Below the pieces are notes generated by a model. That model was not told the DNA's origin and searched no databases. It saw only the letters and a program-made list of their open reading frames with translations. The translations under genes and the position numbers were made by a program. A stretch of 8,194 bases of DNA from an uncultured Muribaculaceae bacterium (GTDB taxonomy: Bacteria; Bacillota_I; Bacilli_A; RF39; UBA660): contig CAYJPP010000025.1 of the NCBI GenBank assembly GCA_964372175.1, positions 9,092 to 17,285 on the forward strand. The letters are read 5' to 3'. Positions 1 through 6,693 of the stretch are shown here, piece by piece; the stretch's first letter is position 1, and each line of letters starts with the position of its first letter.

Positions 1-1331
1 CCTTCAAATAACCAAGTATCTTGTAAAACCATACAAAATAAATCATAAACATTTTCTCTTTTTATAGTTTTAATATCAACACCATCAATTAAAATTGATC
101 CTGAATTAATTTCATAAAAACGCATCAATAAATTAACTAAGGTAGTCTTCCCTGCTCCTGTTGGACCAACAATAGCTACTTTCTGACCCTTTTTTACATT
201 TAGAGAAAAATCATTAATAATAGTTTTATTTTCATCATAACCAAACTTAACATTTTTAAATTCAATTTGACCTTTCTTAACTACTAATTTCTTAGTTTTC
301 ATACTTTCATCAACCAGTTCTTCTTCATCTAAAAATTCAAATATACGTTCACTTGCAGCTGCTGTTGATTGCAACGAAGTTAACGCCTGAGCAATATTAC
401 TAAGAGGTTGCGTAAATAATCTAATATATATCATATATGCAACAATAACGCCTATTGTAATATGGCCTTCAAACGTTAAATACGCCCCCATTACTGTTAC
501 TGCTGTATATCCAAAATTACCAATAAACATCATCAACGGCATCATTAACCCCGATAAAAACTGACTTTTAAAAGAACTCTCAAACAATTTATCATTGTAC
601 TCATCGAATTTTTGTTTAGCCTCATCAGTGGCATTATATACTTTAACAACATTATGAGATGCATATATTTCTTCTATATGCCCGTTTAAATCACCTAGTT
701 CGGCTTGTTGACGAGCAAAATATTTTTGAGATTTAATCAAAATAACAGTAGTTAAAGCAAAACCAACTAAACAAGCAACTATTGCTGTAACTGTCATTGC
801 AACGTTTGTAAAAAACATTACTATTGTCACACCCACAAATAAAACAATTGAAGATACCAAACTACCTAAACTTTGATTTAGTGTTTGTGATACTACATCA
901 ACATCATTTGAAACACGTGATAGAATATCACCAGTTGTGTTTTTGTCAAAAAATTTGAGTGGAATATTATTTATTTTATTAGTTATTTTTGTTCTTAAAT
1001 CTTTACTATACTTTTGAGTTACATTTGAAACTATTATACCTTGGATAGTAGAAAATAAAAAACTACATCCATATATAATAAATAAAGTAATACTAATGCC
1101 TACAACATAATTAGTATCAATCCCAGTCATCAGACCTTCGCCAATTTTATCAGTTATTTTAGTTAACTGATTAGGACCTATTATAACTAAAATAGAACCT
1201 AATGTTGCAAAAAGAAAAGATATAAATAAAGGTACTTTATAGTTTTTCATACTCCCAAATAATTTATTTAGAGCTTTTTTAAAATCTTTTGGTTTTTCAG
1301 TTTTCACATCATTTCCAGGTCGTCTATTCAT
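1..1331 (-). CDS. ABC exporter fused permease/ATP-binding subunit, N-terminal ~443 codons only (3' end beyond left edge). Presumed consensus-site partner of the upstream subunit.
   Basis: Not in the supplied ORF track because there is no stop in the window. Manual minus-strand translation from ATG at 1331-1329 reads MNRRPGNDVKTEKPKDFKKALNKLFGSMKNYKVPLFISFLFATLGSILVIIGPNQ...NTTGDILSRVSNDVDVVSQ...ASERIFEFLDEEE...GQIEFKNVKFGYDENK...KKGQKVAIVGPTGAGKTTLVNLLMRFYEINSGSILIDGVDIK...LQDTWLFEG. It stays open to the window edge. Walker A GPTGAGKTT is encoded at 141-167. The TMD motif TGDILSRVSNDVD is typical of type-I ABC exporters. The start overlaps the upstream stop (ATGAATAG, 8-nt overlap at 1324-1331). 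Confidence 0.88.
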   Translation of the reverse strand, partial: MNRRPGNDVKTEKPKDFKKALNKLFGSMKNYKVPLFISFLFATLGSILVIIGPNQLTKITDKIGEGLMTGIDTNYVVGISITLFIIYGCSFLFSTIQGIIVSNVTQKYSKDLRTKITNKINNIPLKFFDKNTTGDILSRVSNDVDVVSQTLNQSLGSLVSSIVLFVGVTIVMFFTNVAMTVTAIVACLVGFALTTVILIKSQKYFARQQAELGDLNGHIEEIYASHNVVKVYNATDEAKQKFDEYNDKLFESSFKSQFLSGLMMPLMMFIGNFGYTAVTVMGAYLTFEGHITIGVIVAYMIYIRLFTQPLSNIAQALTSLQSTAAASERIFEFLDEEELVDESMKTKKLVVKKGQIEFKNVKFGYDENKTIINDFSLNVKKGQKVAIVGPTGAGKTTLVNLLMRFYEINSGSILIDGVDIKTIKRENVYDLFCMVLQDTWLFE

Positions 1332-3072
1332 TTCCAAGCTCCTTTTCTGATAATTGTGAAAGTGCAATTTCTTTGTACACATCACAATTTTTAAGTAATT
1401 GTTTATGGGTTCCAGTTCCAACTATTTTACCTTCATCTAAAACAATTATTTTATCTGCATGCATAATGGTTCCAATTCTTTGTCCTACTATTAAAGTCGT
1501 AGTATCTTTTGTATATTTTTTTAATGCTTTTCTTAGTACTGCATCCGTTTTATAATCAAGTGCTGAAAAAGAATCATCAAAGATATAAAACTCTGGTTTT
1601 CTGGCAATTGCTCGCGCTATTGAAACTCTTTGTTTTTGTCCCCCAGATAAATTAGTACCTCTACTTGCTAAATCAGAATTAATACCGCTATCCATTTTGC
1701 TAACAAAAACATTTGCTTGTGCTACATCAAGCGCTTCAATTACATCTTTTTCAGTTATCTCTTCACTTCCATATAGAACATTAAATTTAATACTTCCCTT
1801 AAAAATAACTGAACTTTGTGGTACATAACCAATTTTACTGTATAAATTTTCTAAATCATATTTTTTTATATTTGTTCCGTTAATCAAAATTTCACCAGAA
1901 GTAACATCATAAAATCTCGGTATTAAGTTAATTAAAGATGATTTCCCAGAACCCGTCCCGCCAATAAAGGCAATTGTTTCACCTTTCTTAACATCAAAAC
2001 TAATATTTTCTAACATTGATTCATCCGCATCTGGATATTTAAAATTAACATTTTTAAATTCTAATGTTCCAGTATTTTTTTTATCTTTATAGTCACCTGA
2101 TTTTATATCGGCATCTGTATTTATAACTTCTAAAATTCTGCTAGCCGAAACTGATGCTCTTGGATAAATAATAATTATAATAACTAACATCATAAACGCC
2201 ATAATTACCTGAACCGCATATGAAGAAAACACAATCATATCACTAAACACAGTTAATTTATCGGGAGCTGCTGCTTCATTAATAATAAATGCTCCACTTA
2301 AATATATAACCACTGATAACGTAGACATAATCATTGTCATGAATGGCATCATAACAGCCATTGCATTATTGATGAAGATATTAGTCTTTGTTACTTCATC
2401 ATTACTATATTCAAACTTATCTTTTTGAAACTTACTAGCATTAAATGCTTTGATAACTCTAATACCAGTAATATTTTCTCTTGTTATCCCATTTAATTTA
2501 TCTGTTAATTTTTGAATAATTTTTGTTTTAGGCAAGACTAATATAACGATAGTTACAACTAATATAAATAGTATTAATACCGCTAATCCGGTATAAGATG
2601 ACCAAACTAGGCTCTTACCAGCAATTTTTGAAACTGCCCATATTGATAATATAGGTGCTTTTATAATAACTTGTAATCCCATTGCTACAAATCTTTGAAC
2701 ATTTAAAACATCATTAGTAGTTCTGACAATTAAACTACTAACAGAGAATTTTTTTATCTCCTTCATTCCAAATTCAGACGTTTTATAAAAAACATCTTTC
2801 CTTTGTCTTTGTGAGAAAGTTGCAGCAATTCTTGAAACAAAATACCCTGTTATAAAAGCGGCAACTAAACTTCCAAGTGCGCATAACAGCATTTTAAATC
2901 CGGGATTTAAAATATCACTTACTGCACTATTAGGAGTTTGTAAAATTTTTGTCATTTCAGACATATAATCCGGAAGTTGTAAATCTAACCACACCTGTAT
3001 TATAACAAAAATAAAAACAGGAACAATCATTAAAACTTCTGTTTTTGACATTCTTTTTATTAATTTAAACAT
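1324..3072 (-). CDS. ABC exporter fused permease/ATP-binding subunit (582 aa), the degenerate-site subunit of a heterodimeric exporter (LmrC/BmrC/TM287-like architecture)
   Basis: The N-terminal ~300 aa is hydrophobic, consistent with a six-TM domain. Walker A is GGTGSGKSS (res 371-379), Q-loop GYVPQS, signature LSGGQKQR (475-482). Walker B is YIFDD with Asp500 (nt 1573-1575) where the catalytic Glu is expected. The switch region IVGQRIGT has Gln531 (nt 1480-1482) where His is expected. SD-like AAGGA lies upstream of ATG 3072. Confidence 0.95.
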   Translation of the reverse strand: MFKLIKRMSKTEVLMIVPVFIFVIIQVWLDLQLPDYMSEMTKILQTPNSAVSDILNPGFKMLLCALGSLVAAFITGYFVSRIAATFSQRQRKDVFYKTSEFGMKEIKKFSVSSLIVRTTNDVLNVQRFVAMGLQVIIKAPILSIWAVSKIAGKSLVWSSYTGLAVLILFILVVTIVILVLPKTKIIQKLTDKLNGITRENITGIRVIKAFNASKFQKDKFEYSNDEVTKTNIFINNAMAVMMPFMTMIMSTLSVVIYLSGAFIINEAAAPDKLTVFSDMIVFSSYAVQVIMAFMMLVIIIIIYPRASVSASRILEVINTDADIKSGDYKDKKNTGTLEFKNVNFKYPDADESMLENISFDVKKGETIAFIGGTGSGKSSLINLIPRFYDVTSGEILINGTNIKKYDLENLYSKIGYVPQSSVIFKGSIKFNVLYGSEEITEKDVIEALDVAQANVFVSKMDSGINSDLASRGTNLSGGQKQRVSIARAIARKPEFYIFDDSFSALDYKTDAVLRKALKKYTKDTTTLIVGQRIGTIMHADKIIVLDEGKIVGTGTHKQLLKNCDVYKEIALSQLSEKELGNE

Positions 3073-3103
3073 AACATTTTCCTTTCAATTTATCATGATA
3101 TCA

Positions 3104-3132
3104 TAAATATTATTGTTTTAGTAGTTTTTCAA
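3104..3132 (-). promoter_or_regulatory. Possible weak internal sigma-70/SigA-type promoter for the ABC gene pair
   Basis: Minus strand reads TTGAAA (3132-3127), 17 nt spacer, TATTTA (3109-3104). It lies in the 75-nt gap between the Nudix stop and the ABC start. In DNA this AT-rich such a match can occur by chance. No terminator hairpin is visible in the gap, so read-through from upstream is equally plausible. Confidence 0.25.
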
Positions 3133-3147
3133 ATAACTTTCACATTA

Positions 3148-3708
3148 CTATCTATTATTACTAAGTAATTTATCATTTAATTTTTTATAAATAACTTTCA
3201 TTTGTTCTTCATTACTTCTACTTACAACCTCTTTAATATCAATCCATTCAACACCACTGTTTTCATCTTCTTTAATACTTAAACTTAAACTTTCATCTGC
3301 TTCAAATAAATAAGTTAAATTATAGTGTATATGAGCTGAAACATATTTTCCTTTTTTTACATGACCAATAACCGGAATTACTTCTAACGAAAAAATACCA
3401 TCATTCAATAACTTCAAATTAGAAACACCGGTTTCTTCTTCTACTTCTCTTCTAGCCACGCTACATAAATCATCCTCACCATCCGCATGCCCACCAGTCC
3501 AAGCCCAAGACTTATAAATGTTGTGATATATCATTAAAACTTTATCATGACTTTTATTTAAAACCCATGAAGAAGCTGTAAAATGCCCAAATTCGTTTTT
3601 TCTAGTCAAGACATCAGAATGAATTTTTATAAAATTAAGCATAATTTTTTTATCGTTTTCTTCTTGATCGTTATATGGAATATAATTTTCTATGTATTCT
3701 TTTAACAT
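3148..3708 (-). CDS. Nudix-family hydrolase (186 aa), substrate unknown
   Basis: Near-canonical Nudix box GGHADGEDDLCSVARREVEEETGV (res 72-95, nt 3424-3495) containing REVEEETGV. Strong SD: TAGGAGGAAAAAATG (3706-3720), in which the TAG is the stop of the upstream gene. Confidence 0.9.
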   Translation of the reverse strand: MLKEYIENYIPYNDQEENDKKIMLNFIKIHSDVLTRKNEFGHFTASSWVLNKSHDKVLMIYHNIYKSWAWTGGHADGEDDLCSVARREVEEETGVSNLKLLNDGIFSLEVIPVIGHVKKGKYVSAHIHYNLTYLFEADESLSLSIKEDENSGVEWIDIKEVVSRSNEEQMKVIYKKLNDKLLSNNR

Positions 3709-3717
3709 TTTTTCCTC

Positions 3718-4656
3718 CTAAAATAGTGATAATTGATTATCAATAATAGTTTTTGTTTTACGCTCAGTAATTATAGCATCTTCTTTTAAATTGCCTATCA
3801 ATAGTGGGGATTTAGGGTTATGCGTAGTTACATTACATGTTGCTTTATCAACATCATTTAATGCATAGCAATACCCGCACCCATTTAAACAACAATTATA
3901 AGTACCAACTTCAACACTTTCTAAACATAAACAATTTTTTCTTTGATTTTTATCGGTTTGAACTCTAATTGTTTTATTTAAACATTTCTCAATTATATCT
4001 TTATCAATACATGAACCATGTTCTATTCCATATTTTGATAAATCAAATTCTTCTGAACAAGTATATAACTTAATACCGGATTCTTTTGCAATCATTGAAA
4101 ATATATTAACTATTTTTTCAACATTTGATAAAGTCATTTTATAATCAACATTATATCCCATTCTAGTACTGACATTTTTATAATTATCAACAAAACTGAT
4201 CATACACCGTTCTGTATGCCCTTTCAACTTATCAACCATTTCTCTAAATGATTTAATATGATAGTTCAAATCATACTTATCATTAATCAAGATTGGATCA
4301 TATCGCCAAACCATGTTATTTTTACCAATTTTTTTACTTAAATCAATAAATGTTTTTATTAATAAATTTTTATCCGGCAAGTTTTTTTCAATATCTTTCT
4401 CATAAGGCGTGATTGTAAATTGAAAATAATACTTATACCCCATCTCATCTATTTCATTTAAGTATTTTAAAAATGGAATAGGATTTTTTGTCCAAAAAAC
4501 AATTATATCAATCGTTTCTTTTGTTAGAATTACTTTTGAATAACGTTCATTATTAAAAGGGTTAGGAACTATTACATAACCCTCTTTTAGTCTATTAATA
4601 AACCATTCTCCAAAATACGAAGGAATATCACATCTTCTACTCGCACTTATAATCAT
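3718..4656 (-). CDS. DUF1848-family protein (312 aa), putative Fe-S / radical-SAM-like enzyme of unknown function
   Basis: The N-terminus MIISASRRCDIPSYFGEWFINRLKEGYV..., the blocks VFWTKNP, YYFQFTITPY and WRYDPI, and a C-terminal Cys cluster match my recollection of DUF1848 proteins. This is recognition from memory, not a search. CX3CX2C is formed by C256-C260-C263 (nt 3868-3891), with additional C242, C244 and C255. SD AAGGTG overlaps the upstream stop (TAGAAGGTGAAATATG, 4654-4669). Confidence 0.8.
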   Translation of the reverse strand: MIISASRRCDIPSYFGEWFINRLKEGYVIVPNPFNNERYSKVILTKETIDIIVFWTKNPIPFLKYLNEIDEMGYKYYFQFTITPYEKDIEKNLPDKNLLIKTFIDLSKKIGKNNMVWRYDPILINDKYDLNYHIKSFREMVDKLKGHTERCMISFVDNYKNVSTRMGYNVDYKMTLSNVEKIVNIFSMIAKESGIKLYTCSEEFDLSKYGIEHGSCIDKDIIEKCLNKTIRVQTDKNQRKNCLCLESVEVGTYNCCLNGCGYCYALNDVDKATCNVTTHNPKSPLLIGNLKEDAIITERKTKTIIDNQLSLF

Positions 4657-4666
4657 ATTTCACCTT

Positions 4667-6541
4667 CTAATATAAAATTACTGCTTCTGTATAATATTCA
4701 TTATTATATATATCTGTTATTTTATAATAAACATAAAATTCTGAAGCTTCAACTTCTTTATATTCTACAACTATATCCTTATCTTCTAAAATTAAAGCAT
4801 CACCTATTGTATAACTATTTTCATATTCTAAATCATATGTATAATAATCAAAAATAAACTCTATTTTATCTCCTTGCTTTAATTCGATTAATCTTCTAGT
4901 TTCTATCGTTGTATCACCATAATTAGTTGCTGGTCTAGCCCCTTTTACAATACCATCAGGATTTTTAGAATCCCATAAAACTATTAATTCAACTAATTCA
5001 TCATTTAAATAAGCTGGTACTATCGCTTTTGTATATGAAGCAGTTGACTCTGTAACATAAAATGGTACTATATTTCCGTCTAATGAAATCCATGTTCCAT
5101 CAAAACTAACAATCAAATTACCCTCATCAGTAGTTTCATAGTAATCATCACTACCTAAATCAACATAACCCTCACCATCATCATATAAAACCTCAGCTGT
5201 TATAGTATTGATAACTTCCCAATCTTCTTCATCTAATAAAAGAGCATAATAATCTCCTTGATCAACTATTTCTAATGTTTCATATTCATACTCATCATAA
5301 TATTGTTGATTATCTTCAATGTAAGATGAATCGTACCATTGTTCTGTTTGGTAATTACTTTTTGTTTGCCCACCTGCCACTGTATTAGCTATTTTTGATA
5401 ATACTGATATATATTCAGAAGGCATTCCAATATTATTATAAATATCAATCATTTTACTATAATTATCTAAGTCAATATAAGGTATATAAATAGATAAACC
5501 GTTTGAATTTTCCATAACAGAAGTTGTATTATTATATTCTACTACATCTTCTAAGTTAGTTATTAATGTATCATTAATATTTGTTTCTAAATTTTGAACC
5601 AAATGATATAAATCAATTGTGTCAACTTCTCCGTAACCAAAAGCTTTTGTTTTATCAATTGCCTTAGCTACTTTATTAAACTGCGATGTTTGTAATAAAG
5701 TAATATCAATTTGTTTCATATACTCAGTTAAATTAGTTATTAACGAATCAATTTCATTAACATTTACAACGCTTAATGTTGCTTCTTCATCAAATAAAAA
5801 TCCAACATTTGATTCGATAAATGAATCAGTTATTATCTTACCTAAATCCAAAGTCTCAATGTCCGTATTACTTGATAAACCATTAATAATTTCAGTATAA
5901 TTCCAACCAGTCCCAGGTTCTAATTCTTCTGAGGCTATCAAATAATCAGCTTTACCTTTTAACATATAAGCCGTTTCAACAGTAGCCATTAAACAAGCGT
6001 CAAAACCAACAAAATCGAACTTAACATCAGTATTATTTAAAGCTTGTTTTATTTCATCTATTGACATAGTATCATCAGATTCTATTGTTTCATCATACCC
6101 AAATCCACTAATAGCTCCCCCACCGTGGTCCCACATGATTAATCCATATCTATCAGCTTCGTAATTAGTTTTAGCAAAATTAATAAAATCTGTTAAAGTA
6201 TTTGTTTCTAACATATTTTGATTAGTTGAATCAACTAAATTTAGTTCCCCATCTTCAATTACATATCTTTCAAGTTCTTCATTTGAAATACCATAATTTT
6301 GCCACTCATTAGTGCATCCTGTCTGCATAACGATATTAACCTTTTCATCCTTAGTAGCCATAAGCATTTCACTAATATCAGTAGTCGCATACCCACCATC
6401 TGTTTCTAAATCCGAACCACACATATAAACCATTAAAGTGTATGTTTGTTCTCCAATATTTTCTATTTCCTCATCTAAAAATAATAGTATTATAAAAAAT
6501 AATACAAATATAACTATCACGATGTTTTTAATCAATTTCAT
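4667..6541 (-). CDS. Clostripain-like cysteine peptidase, family C11 (clan CD), N-terminal signal anchor, long acidic/Tyr-rich C-terminal extension (624 aa)
   Basis: Hydrophobic N-terminus IVIVIFVLFFIILLFL (res ~7-22) with no lipobox Cys. C11-type blocks are present: LMVYMCGSDLE, IMWDHGGG (His139, nt 6125-6127) and FVGFDACLMA (Cys183, nt 5993-5995, with Asp181 two residues before it, as in C11 enzymes with basic P1 preference). SD GGGAG (6549-6553) lies 7 nt upstream of the ATG. Confidence 0.85.
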   Translation of the reverse strand: MKLIKNIVIVIFVLFFIILLFLDEEIENIGEQTYTLMVYMCGSDLETDGGYATTDISEMLMATKDEKVNIVMQTGCTNEWQNYGISNEELERYVIEDGELNLVDSTNQNMLETNTLTDFINFAKTNYEADRYGLIMWDHGGGAISGFGYDETIESDDTMSIDEIKQALNNTDVKFDFVGFDACLMATVETAYMLKGKADYLIASEELEPGTGWNYTEIINGLSSNTDIETLDLGKIITDSFIESNVGFLFDEEATLSVVNVNEIDSLITNLTEYMKQIDITLLQTSQFNKVAKAIDKTKAFGYGEVDTIDLYHLVQNLETNINDTLITNLEDVVEYNNTTSVMENSNGLSIYIPYIDLDNYSKMIDIYNNIGMPSEYISVLSKIANTVAGGQTKSNYQTEQWYDSSYIEDNQQYYDEYEYETLEIVDQGDYYALLLDEEDWEVINTITAEVLYDDGEGYVDLGSDDYYETTDEGNLIVSFDGTWISLDGNIVPFYVTESTASYTKAIVPAYLNDELVELIVLWDSKNPDGIVKGARPATNYGDTTIETRRLIELKQGDKIEFIFDYYTYDLEYENSYTIGDALILEDKDIVVEYKEVEASEFYVYYKITDIYNNEYYTEAVILY

Positions 6542-6568
6542 AAATTCACTCCCTTAATCATCTTATTT

Positions 6569-6597
6569 ATTATATCACTTTTATTATCATATGTCTT
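6569..6597 (-). promoter_or_regulatory. Predicted SigA-type promoter with extended -10 for the C11-DUF1848-Nudix(-ABC) unit
   Basis: Minus strand reads AAGACA (6597-6592), 17 nt spacer, then TGATATAAT. This is a perfect TGnTATAAT extended -10 (TG at 6577-6576, hexamer at 6574-6569). It sits ~28 nt upstream of the ATG at 6541. Confidence 0.55.
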
Positions 6598-6619
6598 TAA
6601 ATTTAAATAAAAAAATAAC

Positions 6620-6648
6620 TTGCCATATATAAAATTAAGGTGTATACT
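6620..6648 (+). promoter_or_regulatory. Predicted SigA-type promoter for lemA-TPM operon
   Basis: TTGCCA (6620-6625), 17 nt spacer, TATACT (6643-6648). A second TATACT at 6658-6663 is an alternative -10. The SD GAGGAGG at 6682-6688 places GGAGG 5 nt before ATG 6694. Confidence 0.5.
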
Positions 6649-6662
6649 TATTTTAAGTATAC
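6642..6662. repeat. Perfect inverted repeat GTATACTTA-TTT-TAAGTATAC (9-3-9) overlapping the lemA -10 and start-site region; candidate operator
   Basis: Read directly: left arm 6642-6650, spacer 6651-6653, right arm 6654-6662, with exact reverse complementarity. The left arm contains the -10 hexamer. Confidence 0.6.
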
Positions 6663-6693
6663 TGTTTATGACGGTTACTATGAGGAGGTATTT

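Noticed and set aside
1289-1555. 88-aa plus-strand ORF from the track
   Set aside because: It lies entirely antisense to the ABC NBD coding region, whose motifs are unambiguous. It has no SD and a low-complexity, hydrophobic, Ser/Phe-rich translation typical of antisense frames in AT-rich DNA.
2075-2082. T8 (A8 on the coding strand) homopolymer inside the ABC gene, and similar 7-8-nt runs elsewhere, considered as phase-variation tracts
   Set aside because: Runs of this length are expected in ~25-30 % GC DNA. Here they encode Lys-Lys, and there is no evidence of frameshifted copies.
3093-3104. 10-bp palindrome ATGATATCAT and a 3-codon mini-ORF (ATG ATA TCA TGA, minus strand) upstream of the ABC genes, considered as a possible operator or leader-peptide attenuator
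   Set aside because: It is short and purely AT-rich, so chance occurrence is expected. There is no SD before the mini-ORF, and no alternative hairpins that would make an attenuator.
3148-6541. Anti-phage defence system hypothesis (clan-CD caspase-like protease + radical-SAM-like enzyme + Nudix)
   Set aside because: The protease has an N-terminal membrane anchor and the architecture of secreted clostripain-like enzymes, so it is not a cytosolic effector. There is no sensor NTPase, nuclease, TIR/SIR2, cyclase or other defence hallmark. There are no flanking mobile elements or compositional shift. This cannot be formally excluded, but nothing in the sequence supports it.
1-6541. RiPP / modified-peptide biosynthetic cluster (Fe-S enzyme + protease + ABC exporters)
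   Set aside because: No precursor-peptide ORF fits in any intergenic gap (75, 9, 10 and 152 bp). DUF1848 lacks a SPASM/twitch-type auxiliary domain by eye. The ABC subunits lack a C39 peptidase domain. It is kept only as a low-probability idea under the operon finding.
6591-6632. 13-codon plus-strand ORF (MSLNLNKKITCHI) in the divergent promoter region
   Set aside because: It has no SD, overlaps both predicted promoters and is low complexity. It is most likely not translated.
6640-6693. GTG-initiated 18-codon N-terminal extension of LemA (MYTYFKYTVYDGYYEEVF)
   Set aside because: The GTG lies inside the predicted promoter and palindrome, with AAGG immediately abutting it and no spacer. ATG 6694 has a strong GAGGAGG SD and gives the canonical LemA N-terminus (short basic stretch then TM).
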